DNA of 63,854 nt, filler included, from Octopus bimaculoides (Eukaryota), in the NCBI RefSeq assembly GCF_001194135.2. It is 5 parts of 5 records of this genome, joined end to end, with 100 filler letters (N's around TTAATTAATTAA, not from the genome) between each part and the next. Parts side by side here need not be neighbours in the genome. Positions count along the whole stretch, not along the records: positions 1 to 8,068 come from NC_068994.1; positions 8,169 to 37,403 come from NC_069010.1; 3 more parts are not named here. One strand, written 5' to 3'. The position numbers were made by a program, and so were the translations under genes. The number at the start of each line of letters is the position of its first letter. The first letter of the stretch is position 1. The notes below the pieces were generated by a model. The model was not told the DNA's origin. It saw only the letters and a program-made list of their open reading frames with translations, and did no database searches. Positions 1 to 11,106 of the stretch are shown here, one piece after another.

Positions 1-390
1 GATGGGTCAGTTGTAGTATTAAGAGAAAATGAAGAATGTGGATAGCTGGACAGTGAAGGGTTTTCATTATGGAGAATTCCCTGGGGAATTTTATGACTAG
101 CTTCATTAGTAAACATTTCGGACTTTTTATTTATATATTTTTGTCCTTTTGTTCTTATTTTGAGAACCTAACTTCAAGCAACTTTTTACAGATCACTTTT
201 TAGACACTATTTTCTAAACCTGACAAAGTATGTAGGGGGTGAAAATTTTGATTTTGCAACCCTAAAAATTTTAGGGGGTGTAAGAGCACCACCTACACCC
301 CCTGCTCCCTTGCCTTTGCCAGAGGCTATAGTAGAAGACACTTGCCCAAGATGCAACGCAGTGGGACTGAACCCGGAACCATATATAGAT

Positions 391-745
391 ATTCTTTTAC
401 TTGTTTCAGTCATTTGACTGCGGCAATGTTGTAGCTCCACGTTAAATGGTGTTAGTCGAAGAAATGGATTCCTGGACGTATTCTTTGTAAGCCTAGTACT
501 TATTCTATATCTTTTGCCGAACTGCTAAGTTGCGGGGACGTAAACACACCAACATCGATTGTGATACACACACAAATATACATATACGACAGTCTTCGTT
601 CAGTTTCCGTCTACCAAATCCACTCACAAGTGTTTGCTCTGCCAAAACAATAGAAGACACTTTTCCAAGGTGCCACACAGTAGGACTGAACCCGAAACCC
701 TGTGGTTGGGAAGCAAGCTTCTTACCACACAGCTACTCCTGCACC
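391..745 (-). mobile_element. tRNA-derived SINE, family A (full length); an extra head fragment lies at about 325-380
   Basis: Reverse complement matches 22558-22945: A/B-box-like head, central GGCACCTTGGGCAAGTGTCTT, internal (TA/TG) microsatellite, tail ending ATGACTGAAACAAGTAAAAG. Confidence 0.85.
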
Positions 746-767
746 CACTCACACACACGCACATATA

Positions 768-1219
768 TGAATTCTCCCCATATATTACACGCTCACGTGG
801 TCGCACCAGTTGATCCTGTCTCCTCTCATCACCAAACGAACTTTTATGGATTCTCTACCTGGACTTTCTACTATTGCACACTTCAGCTGCACCTTTCCTG
901 CCCGTGGATTACACTGGACTCCTCTGTTGATGAAAAATCGATCCAATACACCACGACATTCGAAGCTTTTGAACTTTGCATAACTTTTTTTATACTTTTC
1001 TATACTCTTTTGTACTTTCTGCTTTTTTCCTATTGTCATTTCTTCCTTCTCTGGTTGTTCTATTTTCTCTCCTTGTTTCTTTCTGTGTTCCTTTCTGTGG
1101 AAGAGCGTAGGCTCGAAACGTTAAAGTCTTTTTCACTTCCCGGGCGTTAAACTAATACATCTGTTTGTTGTCTACACCACCTGTCTTCGTCTTGTTTTTT
1201 TTTGTGAATTCTCCCTATA
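768..1219 (+). mobile_element. About 437-bp PLE terminal-repeat-like unit with a hammerhead-like motif
   Basis: Bounded by the direct repeat TGAATTCTCCC (768-778, 1205-1215); the 3' half is homologous to 40930-41080. Confidence 0.55.
1091..1126 (+). ncRNA. Minimal type I hammerhead-like motif, variant core
   Basis: CTTT-CTGTGGA-A-GAGC(GTAG)GCTC-GAA-ACGT-T-AAAG: 4-bp stem I, 4-bp stem II, palindromic ACGT stem III; T instead of the canonical A6. Confidence 0.55.
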
Positions 1220-2259
1220 NNNNNNNNNNNNNNNNNNNNNNNNNNNNNNNNNNNNNNNNNNNNNNNNNNNNNNNNNNNNNNNNNNNNNNNNNNNNNNNNN
1301 NNNNNNNNNNNNNNNNNNNNNNNNNNNNNNNNNNNNNNNNNNNNNNNNNNNNNNNNNNNNNNNNNNNNNNNNNNNNNNNNNNNNNNNNNNNNNNNNNNNN
1401 NNNNNNNNNNNNNNNNNNNNNNNNNNNNNNNNNNNNNNNNNNNNNNNNNNNNNNNNNNNNNNNNNNNNNNNNNNNNNNNNNNNNNNNNNNNNNNNNNNNN
1501 NNNNNNNNNNNNNNNNNNNNNNNNNNNNNNNNNNNNNNNNNNNNNNNNNTATATATATATATATATATATATATGCCCAGACATATACATACATACTCAT
1601 GCACACACGTAAGTTCTTGATGTACTCACATCAAACTGTCATTGTTTGCTATACTAATCCCGAACAGGTCACCGTAGCATAGTGCCATCCCATCCTGGAC
1701 ATCCAGGTTTATAACCCTACGTTGCAACATTTCAATGTTTGAAGCCTTTCAATATTTCGTCAAAGTCTTCAGAGCCATATAAGATACAGTTGTAGATATC
1801 TTCAAAAAGCAACTAGACATTCTATGGTCTACAGTTTTAAATGAGAAATATTCGCGTCAGCAACTTACAAATTCACTTTTTCACTTATTGGTAAATGCAT
1901 GGATTTCATACCGACATGGGTGAAATCCTTTTTTACCTACGCTATATAACCTCTCATAACATTTCTATTTTTTGGTGTTTTCAGAAAATGTTTTGCGAAT
2001 TTGTATTTTACACACGAGAATACACACAATTTCCTGTTCACCACGCAGTCGATTTCCTGATCACCATGCGGTATTTTCCATCTAACTGCTGTCACTAAAA
2101 TACCGACATTAATACCATGTGACCTTTGTTGACCAATCGCAGGCTAACGTCCAGTAATAAACATCAACTCTCTTCAATCGATCTCTCATTCAGACTCCAA
2201 TGGCCGAAGACTAGCCACGCGCTTGAAACTCAGAGTACCAAGGATTCTGAAACTGTTTT

Positions 2260-2292
<33 letters not shown>

Positions 2293-3669
2293 NNNNNNNN
2301 NNNNNNNNNNNNNNNNNNNNNNNNNNNNNNNNNNNNNNNNNNNNNNNNNNNNNNNNNNNNNNNNNNNNNNNNNNNNNNNNNNNNNNNNNNNNNNNNNNNN
2401 NNNNNNNNNNNNNNNNNNNNNNNNNNNNNNNNNNNNNNNNNNNNNNNNNNNNNNNNNNNNNNNNNNNNNNNNNNNNNNNNNNNNNNNNNNNNNNNNNNNN
2501 NNNNNNNNNNNNNNNNNNNNNNNNNNNNNNNNNNNNNNNNNNNNNNNNNNNNNNNNNNNNNNNNNNNNNNNNNNNNNNNNNNNNNNNNNNNNNNNNNNNN
2601 NNNNNNNNNNNNNNNNNNNNNNNNNNNNNNNNNNNNNNNNNNNNNNNNNNNNNNNNNNNNNNNNNNNNNNNNNNNNNNNNNNNNNNNNNNNNNNNNNNNN
2701 NNNNNNNNNNNNNNNNNNNNNNNNNNNNNNNNNNNNNNNNNNNNNNNNNNNNNNNNNNNNNNNNNNNNNNNNNNNNNNNNNNNNNNNNNNNNNNNNNNNN
2801 NNNNNNNNNNNNNNNNNNNNNNNNNNNNNNNNNNNNNNNNNNNNNNNNNNNNNNNNNNNNNNNNNNNNNNNNNNNNNNNNNNNNNNNNNNNNNNNNNNNN
2901 NNNNNNNNNNNNNNNNAGCTGGAAAATATATTTATATATTATAAACAACGTCTAAAAGTGTTTTTCATATAAGCAATTTTAAATTATATACATTTGTAAA
3001 CTAGAATTAATGAGTAAAAACTAATGACTAAATATTCAATAGAAATATAACGTTACAGTCCTGTGTGTGTGTGTGTGCGCGCGCGCGCGTGTATTATCGA
3101 TTTCCTGACATCGCTGGTAATATATGCCATTGACCCCATATTGATGAAAGGCAAACTTGACTACGCAACCATTTGAATTCCAGCTGCAAAGAAACTAAAT
3201 CCCACAAAAATCTTTTTGTTTGTTACTTTCCTAACTTTGGCAATCTACTATGCGTTTTAGTAATATTGATTTCTAAAATAGTCCAGACATTTTTAAAGGT
3301 GGATAGAACAGCTGGTATTTTATCCCCCTCTGTACCCTTGTGTATATTAGATATTATAAATATGCTTTCTTTGTAATAGTTAGAATTTGTTATGAAATTT
3401 TTACTGTCATAAGCGGAGGTATATTATACATAAGAATTTTTATGGACTAAACAGTAATATCAATAAATATCAGTTACTCACGTTTTTCATATAACCTTGG
3501 AAGGGAGTTTTTTGAGGAGCTTTTCCAGCTACCATAGCAGAATCCTGGAACTCAAAATAACCTAGAAATAGTAAAAGTAAAAATATAAAACGTTGAAATA
3601 AATAGTTTGTTCAATTTATTTGCTTTTAAATGTGATGTACAGGATTCTATAAAAGAAAAGAAGTTATTA

Positions 3670-3711
<42 letters not shown>

Positions 3712-4548
3712 GGGAATTCAAAGAAAACTTAAGTCCTAATTGTAAAGAGAGTTTGCATTAGCCAATGTTTATTTAAGAAAATTTTCAACCGTTATCAGCA
3801 TTTTAGTTCTTTATCGAAGCATCTCAAGTGCTTTCAATGTGTCTCAACTGAAAGATCGGTGGTAAAGTTTCCCATCTATTGCAGAAATAAAGTTGAAGAA
3901 AATTGAGGTATATCTATGTCAGCAGAAACAATAGAAATAACAAGGGTGTCAAAAAATTACTAACGGCAACAAACCATAAAAAGCTTAAAATTGGAAATAA
4001 ATGGACTATATCCACGCTGGCTAATGCTATATCTCTCTCTTCAATTGATACCTATTTTTCCGCCTAGCCTTCTTTTTCTAAGTAGAATCCTGTTCATCAT
4101 ATTTAAAAGCAAATAATTGACACTTAGTTGTGTCTTAATTGCTTTATTAACAATTTGCAAGATGAAACATTAGGCTGCACAGATTTCTGTAATAGCAACT
4201 ATTAACTCACTAAAACAGGTCAGCTTTGATCAAACACATCTGTTTAAAGGTAGTCTAGGCGGGACAATATCGTCTAATTAATATATATGATTATATTAAC
4301 TCATTTTGTTTTCAAAATTTAAGATAGCAGGGTGCGTTATAAGGGAAATTTGAATACTATCTCTAAAATGTCGAGCGATCACTTAAAGGTTCGCTCACAT
4401 GCTCACAAAATTGTTTTAGAATGTTGGGGATAATAAAAATGCACGATTTTCGTACCTCACAATTTAAGGGAGATGAAACATGAGCATATTACTGATTGAA
4501 TGTTTGCAGATGAGATCAATTAGAAAACAAAAGTAATTTCGTTTAATC

Positions 4549-4554
4549 TTTATT
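4549..4554 (-). terminator. Candidate polyadenylation signal AATAAA of the LamG-like gene
   Basis: tttatt on the + strand, about 60 nt downstream of the TGA at 4615-4617. Confidence 0.45.
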
Positions 4555-4614
4555 GTGAGAAGTTAGCCCATGAGGCAACTTCCAAGTAATCACACGAGAC
4601 TAGCCAAATTCCAA

Positions 4615-4724
4615 TCAATAAAACTTCCTACAATCATTAACGTGTATATCAAATGCTTTAGGTTGTAAATATTCCAACAGTGTGTCCCCTACCTCCACCA
4701 CTACATTAGGAGTAGGATTAACAA
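4615..4724 (-). CDS. LamG-like (Pif-like) protein, probable last exon
   Basis: cattattctag acceptor, phase 1 matches; (V)VNPTPNVVVEVGDTLLEYLQPKAFDIHVNDCRKFY*; AATAAA downstream. Confidence 0.65.
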
Positions 4725-4933
4725 CTAGAATAATGATCAAATTACTCTTTACATCGATGTCTCTATATTATAAACATAAATCAAATATTAATGGGACATT
4801 ACGAAAGCAACATCAGGAATATATTCAGTGTTAGCAAAGAACATTTGTTCCTCTGTTGTTAATCTTGTTAATGTGAGAGTTGACTGAAATAATTGTGATC
4901 ACAACTACAAACTTCAAAACATTATATACTCAC

Positions 4934-5030
4934 CAGCTTGAGTTACTTGACCAGCAACTACCGCATTTTTCAATAATATAATATTATCTCCCTTTTTCGA
5001 GAATGTGAATGAATTCCATACATTAGGTGA
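4934..5030 (-). CDS. LamG-like (Pif-like) protein, penultimate exon
   Basis: ttttctattgcag acceptor, gtgagt donor; 97 nt, phase 0/1; SPNVWNSFTFSKKGDNIILLKNAVVAGQVTQA. Confidence 0.8.
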
Positions 5031-5534
5031 CTGCAATAGAAAATATTTCAAATATACCTTTACTTTGTGTTTCAATAATAAAATAATGTTTAATGAATTT
5101 GGAAAAAAATATTTTAAAAAGTAATTTTAAAAAATACATTTTGTATTCATAAATGAATTTATATAAATCCGTATGGACAAAATGCAAACAATTCCTTAAA
5201 TAAATATATTATGCGATAAATATTTTTAAAACAATCAAACGGAGTTTTTTTACTAATAAGAATTTTGTTAATATCGGATAATAAAAGAAGTGGTTTAGTT
5301 GTTTGAACCAATTTCAGTAAACTGCTACTCATTTAATAGAACACTCAAATGAAAGGTCAATTTTAGAGGTGTTTGAATTCGAGAGACGTAAGGAAATTCT
5401 AAGCATTTAGTTCTGTCCTACATCGTGTTAGACATCATGACAAAGCAATTTAGAAATCATCGCTTCTATGTTCTCAATTTGCAAATTGGCACAAGATCAC
5501 ACATTTTAATAGAGTAGAGTAGATAGACTTGTGC

Positions 5535-5760
5535 CTATTTTACTGACCCTGAAAGCATGAAAAATTAAGTCAGATACAGTGGCATTTCGACGCAGAATAT
5601 AAGATAATACTACAAAGTATTTTACTAATACTGTATTTTATAAATCTCGGAAAAAGGAAAGGCAAAGTTGATCTCGGTGAAATTTAAATTCAGAACGTAA
5701 AGAACCAGACCAAAATGACGCAAAACATACTTTCCGATGATCTAACGACTCTGCCCGTCC
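5535..5760 (-). mobile_element. Decayed SINE family C fragments
   Basis: Similar to 20150-20288 (GACCC(C/T)GAAAGGATGAAAGGCAAA...ATTTGAACTCAGAACGTAAAG). Confidence 0.5.
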
Positions 5761-6381
5761 TTTCATTATTTATATACTATTACTAAAAGCTATGAATGAA
5801 TTTCGAGATCCAATTCAAATAAAAAAAAAAATTACTTCACGTTCTCTCGAAAGATTATAAATTCTTATGACATAAGCAACATACAATTCTCACTGGTAAG
5901 AATAAAGTTTCTAAAATAGACACAGAATTTTGAAGCTTGCTTTGGTACAATGACAGAATTTCTGTCATGTCCATATGAGATGTAAGATCGAGTTTCATGA
6001 GCAGCCTTCGAAATTTTCTATCCAAAAGGGATTTTCAATCCAATATAGCATGCTATACTTAATAATTTTATATGTACTTCGAGATCCAATTCCCAGAAAA
6101 TAATAATTTTTAGGACTGTCAATTGACCTTTAATTTGGTAAAAGTATATCTACCTCGTTATTTGACTGGTACATTAATTTATCCACGCTAAATGACCGAA
6201 AAGCAAAGTTAACGTAAAAGAGCCGTAACTAAATCCCGCAAGGTATTCTGTCCGACTCTAAAAGTTCTGCATCATAATACCTTAGAATACAAATCGAAAA
6301 CATAAATGATTTTGTTGATTTCAAATATTGTTAAACAATAAAAAGATGTAGAATAGTTCAGAACAACGACTTGTTACTTAC

Positions 6382-6731
6382 AACAGGTGTCGTAATCTTG
6401 ACTTGTTGTGGAACATTTTCAACCTTTATAGATGCTTCGAGATAACAGTTAGAAGTAAGAGCATCTTTCAACGTAAGAGAAATTGTTGATTCTAGGTCAC
6501 AGTTGGCGTTATTTAAGACAGGAATTTCATTTTTAGTAGGATTTTCGTACATAACATCTACATCTATTTGGATTTTATCACCAAAATCATTCAAAATAAA
6601 TGCAGGTAGAACTAAAGATGCGCCTTTAAAATAGGCAGCACCGTTCTGGATAACAGCACCATTGTTCAAGACAGAACGTCCACCAGATAGTTCAGCAAAA
6701 TCAGTCAACATCGGAACATCGTAAAGTGTAC
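6382..6731 (-). CDS. LamG/concanavalin A-like domain protein (Pif/BMSP-like), exon (5' end in gap)
   Basis: Open frame from the gap edge: TLYDVPMLTDFAELSGGRSVLNNGAVIQNGAAYFKGASLVLPAFILNDFGDK...VLNNANC...KITTPV, ending GTT|gtaagt (phase 0). The AYFxGxxLxxPxFxxxDFG and VLNNANC segments resemble the C-terminal LamG-like domain of molluscan Pif-family proteins. Confidence 0.8.
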
Positions 6732-6972
6732 NNNNNNNNNNNNNNNNNNNNNNNNNNNNNNNNNNNNNNNNNNNNNNNNNNNNNNNNNNNNNNNNNNNNN
6801 NNNNNNNNNNNNNNNNNNNNNNNNNNNNNNNNNNNNNNNNNNNNNNNNNNNNNNNNNNNNNNNNNNNNNNNNNNNNNNNNNNNNNNNNNNNNNNNNNNNN
6901 NNNNNNNNNNNNNNNNNNNNNNNNNNNNNNNNNNNNNNNNNNNNNNNNNNNNNNNNNNNNNNNNNNNNNNNN

Positions 6973-7005
<33 letters not shown>

Positions 7006-7164
7006 CCATAATATATATATATATAAGTAATATATATTTATATAATTATAATTAATACATATATAATTATAAGTAATACATATATAATTATAAGTAATAT
7101 ATATATAATTGTAAGTAATATATATAATTATAGGTAATATATATAGATATATTACGCTTTTACT

Positions 7165-7511
7165 TTAGTCGAGCAAATCGACATTAGGACGCATTCTTTG
7201 TAACCCTAGTACTTATTTTTTTAGTCTCTTGTGCCGAACCGCTAAGTTACGGGGAGGTAAACACACCAGTATCGGTTGTCAAGCGATGTTGGGGGAACAA
7301 ACACAGACACACAAACATATACACACACATGCATATATACATATATACGACGGGCTTTTTTCAGTTTCCATCTACCAAATCCACTCACAAGGCTTTGGTC
7401 AGCCTGAGGCCATAGTAGAAGACACTTGCCCAAGGTGCCACGCAGTGAGACTGAACCCAGAACCATGTGTTTCGTAAGCAAGCTACTTACCAAGCAGCCA
7501 CTCCTGCGCCT
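7165..7511 (-). mobile_element. SINE family A, full length
   Basis: Reverse complement of the 22558-22945 pattern, including the internal microsatellite. Confidence 0.88.
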
Positions 7512-7659
7512 AAGTAATATATATATAACTGTATATATAATTATAAGTAATATATATATAATACATATTTCTAATAATTATAAGTATATATATATATATA
7601 CACACACATATGTGTGTGTACATTCATACATACATACATACATACATACATACATACAG

Positions 7660-7977
7660 CGTGCAAATGATGTACCGCTCGTGGCAGCGCTGGAGAGGGT
7701 AGACTTTCAAGGCTTTAAGGCGGTGCCAGTAATCGAGATCATTCATGCCCTTAATTCTTTGACTGGGGAGACAACAGGGAGCAGGAGTATTCGAGATGCG
7801 GCCGTACAAAGGAGGAGAAAAATGGAATGATGACACCTTGTTCTCTGGACAGGAAGGACTTTAAGATCCAGGAGCTCATCCTGCCTGCTATATCGACGTT
7901 ATTGTTGATGTGGGCACTCCAACAAAGATTGTTATCGACAATTGATCCTAGGTCTCTGATATTATGAAATGCTGTAA
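7660..7977 (-). mobile_element. CR1/L2-group LINE reverse transcriptase C-terminal fragment (decayed)
   Basis: IRDLGSIVDNNLCWSAHINNNVDIAGRMSSWILKSFLSREQGVIIPFFSSFVRPHLEYSCSLLSP; the RDLG and VRPHLEY motifs are typical of this group. Confidence 0.85.
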
Positions 7978-8030
7978 GCATATATATGAATACATACATA
8001 CATGTACACTTGTGTGTATATATATATATG

Positions 8031-8068
<38 letters not shown>

Positions 8069-8112
8069 NNNNNNNNNNNNNNNNNNNNNNNNNNNNNNNN
8101 NNNNNNNNNNNN

Positions 8113-8124
8113 TTAATTAATTAA
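8113..8124. other. Artificial scaffolding spacer TTAATTAATTAA inside a 100-nt N block (also 37448-37459, 60097-60108, 62495-62506)
   Basis: The identical 12-mer is centred between two 44-N runs at four sites, marking unsized contig joins. Confidence 0.93.
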
Positions 8125-8169
8125 NNNNNNNNNNNNNNNNNNNNNNNNNNNNNNNNNNNNNNNNNNNNA

Positions 8170-8490
8170 TGTGGATCATAGTAGTGGTTGTGGTGGTGAT
8201 GACAGTGTGTTGTGCTGGTGGTGGTAGTAGTGGTAGTTTATTTCGGTGGTGGTAGTAATAGTTTATTATGGTGGTGGTGGTGATGATGGAGGTGGATCAT
8301 GGTGGTGGTGATAGTGGAGGTGGGTCAGGGTGACAGTGCTAGTGGTGGTGGTGGCGGTAGAGGAGGCCAGGTGATGATCGTTTATTATAGTGGTGGTGGT
8401 CGAGCAGTGTTGTGGTGGTTACAGTCTATCAGGATGACAACGTGTAGTTGTGGATGTGGCAGTGGTGGTGGTGGTGGTGGTGGTGGTACT
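8170..8490 (+). repeat. Degenerate (GGT/GAT/AGT)n microsatellite
   Basis: Directly visible trinucleotide runs. Confidence 0.85.
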
Positions 8491-8531
8491 TGTTGTGCAC
8501 GGTGTCCCCCCCCTCACGCCCACCAACTCAC

Positions 8532-8692
8532 CTGTCGGTCATTCTCGTGTCCGGACTCGTCAGCCTTGGTCAAGTAGAATCGCATCCGGTCAGCCTGTTT
8601 CTCACTCAGCTTCTCGACAATGTTCAATGTCCGTTTACACAACGCTTGACCGATGGGGTCGAAGAACACGAAGATGAGGTCAGCCAGGTCAC
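8532..8692 (-). CDS. Dynamin/EHD-like GTPase, exon with G4-like motif (TKAD)
   Basis: attaacag acceptor, gtgagt donor; 161 nt, phase 1/0; (G)DLADLIFVFFDPIGQALCKRTLNIVEKLSEKQADRMRFYLTKADESGHENDRQ. Confidence 0.92.
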
Positions 8693-8900
8693 CTGTTAAT
8701 CAGAGTTAACAATCAAGTGAATTAGTGTTAATTAAGCTTCACTGTATGTGTGCCTCGGCCACAAGCGTGTATACATATATACATACTAACAATATATATA
8801 TATTTGCGTGTGTATATGTATGTATATATATGTGTGTGTGTGTACGTGTGTATATATGTTTGTATATATATCATCATCATCATATATATATATATGTAAT

Positions 8901-9287
8901 AGGTGCAGGTGTGGCTGTGTGGTAGGTAGCTTGCTTCCCAACCACATGGTTTCAGGTTCAGTCCCACTGCATGGTACCTTGTGCGAGTGTCTTCTACTAT
9001 AGCTTCGGGCCGACGAAAGCCTTGTGAGCGGATTTGGTAGATGGAAACTGAAAGAAGCTCGTCATGTGTGTGTGTGTCTTTGTTTGTCTTTCCTCGGACC
9101 GCACACTGCTTGACAACCAGTGTTGGTGTGTTTATCTCCTTGTAACTTAGCAGTTCAGCAAATGATACCAACAAAATAAGTACCGAGTTTTACGAAAATA
9201 TGCCCTGAGTTCAATTCATTCGACTAAAAACTCTTCAAGGTGGTGCCCCAGCACGGCCACAGTCTAATGAGTAAAACACGTAAAAGA
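8901..9287 (+). mobile_element. SINE family A, full length
   Basis: AGGTGCAGGTGTGGCTGTGTGGTAGG head, GGTTCAGTCCC B-box-like motif, conserved core and tail. Confidence 0.85.
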
Positions 9288-9343
9288 TGTATATATGTGT
9301 GTACATCTATATATTGGTGTGTATGTGTGTGTGTGTAAGTATG

Positions 9344-9392
<49 letters not shown>

Positions 9393-10091
9393 NNNNNNNN
9401 NNNNNNNNNNNNNNNNNNNNNNNNNNNNNNNNNNNNNNNNNNNNNNNNNNNNNNNNNNNNNNNNNNNNNNNNNNNNNNNNNNNNNNNNNNNNNNNNNNNN
9501 NNNNNNNNNNNNNNNNNNNNNNNNNNNNNNNNNNNNNNNNNNNNNNNNNNNNNNNNNNNNNNNNNNNNNNNNNNNNNNNNNNNNNNNNNNNNNNNNNNNN
9601 NNNNNNNNNNNNNNNNNNNNNNNNNNNNNNNNNNNNNNNNNNNNNNNNNNNNNNNNNNNNNNNNNNNNNNNNNNNNNNNNNNNNNNNNNNNNNNNNNNNN
9701 NNNNNNNNNNNNNNNNNNNNNNNNNNNNNNNNNNNNNNNNNNNNNNNNNNNNNNNNNNNNNNNNNNNNNNNNNNNNNNNNNNNNNNNNNNNNNNNNNNNN
9801 NNNNNNNNNNNNNNNNNNNNNNNNNNNNNNNNNNNNNNNNNNNNNNNNNNNNNNNNNNNNNNNNNNNNNNNNNNNNNNNNNNNNNNNNNNNNNNNNNNNN
9901 NNNNNNNNNNNNNNNNNNNNNNNNNNNNNNNNNNNNNNNNNNNNNNNNNNNNNNNNNNNNNNNNNNNNNNNNNNNNNNNNNNNNNNNNNNNNNNNNNNNN
10001 NNNNNNNNNNNNNNNNNNNNNNNNNNNNNNNNNNNNNNNNNNNNNNNNNNNNNNNNNNNNNNNNNNNNNNNNNNNNNNNNNNNNNNNNNNN

Positions 10092-10372
10092 GTGGTTTCA
10101 ACCAGGTTGGTATCAAAAGGGTTAAGAATTGTTTCTCTATTATATATTTTAACCCTTTTGTTACCATATTTCTTTTGAGATGCTCTGTGTTTCTTTCAAT
10201 TAATTTTAAATATAACAAAGAATTTAGTAAAATAACTTAGTTATCATTAAGCTAGTGTTAAGAACATAAATTTGTGACTAAGGTTTGGCGGAAGATTTTA
10301 ATTCAAAACTTATGAAAACAAGACATTTGTACTACAGAGCCAGAGGTGGTTTCAGTTGGGTTGGTATCAAAA
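10092..10372. mobile_element. Tandem TTAA-flanked MITE (piggyBac-like termini), period about 254 bp
   Basis: TIR CCCTTTTG(A/T)TACC next to TTAA; homologous to 28550-28838 in reverse orientation. Confidence 0.7.
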
Positions 10373-10429
10373 GATAAGCATACAAGGAGGGCTGGGTTCA
10401 AATCGCAGTAAAGGTATGTGGTAACTTAC

Positions 10430-10570
10430 CAAGCCAGAGGATAGCCTTGTTGACATCGAATGGATACTTCATGTCCCCATCGACGAGGCCAGGGGAGTCG
10501 ATGAAAGTGACCAGCGGAAACTTCTTCTGCTTCGATGTCGACACCTCAGTGGTAAGGTAGTCAGTGACCC
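10430..10570 (-). CDS. Dynamin/EHD-like GTPase, exon with G3 motif (DSPG)
   Basis: tattatcag acceptor, gtaagt donor; 141 nt, phase 1/1; GVTDYLTTEVSTSKQKKFPLVTFIDSPGLVDGDMKYPFDVNKAILWL. IDSPG corresponds to the IDTPG motif of EHD/dynamin-family proteins. Confidence 0.92.
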
Positions 10571-10766
10571 CTGATAATAGAGAGAGTACGGGTTCAAATA
10601 ATGCCAACAGCACATAGAGTGGGGGACCACTACAGATAGATTGATGAGCCAATGAGGTTAGTACTGTAGAGAGATGAGGGTGTGTAATTGCAACAATGAA
10701 GGAGAGATTGTTTAAGGATCCGCGAAATAGGGGTGATGAGGTTTCTATTCTCTTTCTGTGCTTTTT

Positions 10767-10860
10767 AACCCTTTAGCATTCAAACCAACCACATCTGGTT
10801 CAAATATCCTAACTGTTTTGCATTCAAACTGACCAGATCAGGCCTCTCACACTTACCCTA
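10767..10860 (+). mobile_element. Left end of a second TTAA-CCCTTT MITE-like element
   Basis: TTAACCCTTTAGCATTCAAAC terminus; no matching right end visible. Confidence 0.4.
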
Positions 10861-10977
10861 CAATACAGGTCGTCATCGACTTACGACCACAATTGGTTCC
10901 GACTGACTGGTTGTAAGTCAGCCATATCTGTACAAAAACATAAAAATATATATCTATATATACATATCTTTATATAT

Positions 10978-11106
10978 TTATCCAGCTGTAGAAACACTGC
11001 CAGATCAGATTGGGGCCTGGTGCAGCCTCCTGGCCTTCCAGACCCCAGTCGAACCGTCCAACCCATGCCAGCATGGAAAACGGACGTCAAACGATGATGA
11101 TGATGA
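10978..11106 (+). mobile_element. RTE LINE 3' end (family B) with (GAT)n tail
   Basis: CCAGCTGTAGAAAC...CCAACCCATGCCAGCATGGAAAACGGACGTCAAACGATGATGAT. Confidence 0.8.

Noticed and set aside
1620-1830. Possible minus-strand exon (NIEMLQRRVINLDVQDGMALCYGDLFG...|gtgagt)
   Set aside because: Weak acceptor, no recognisable homology, and it does not match the expected next GTPase exon.
4845-4884. Alternative exon between LamG exons 2 and 3 (ttatttcag acceptor near 4884)
   Set aside because: In the required phase 1 it reaches a stop after 17 codons; the 4724 acceptor gives a better domain-like terminus followed by AATAAA. Not fully excluded.
8113-8124. TTAATTAATTAA as a biological motif
   Set aside because: It occurs centred in identical 44N-12-44N blocks at four sites, which marks it as an assembly spacer.
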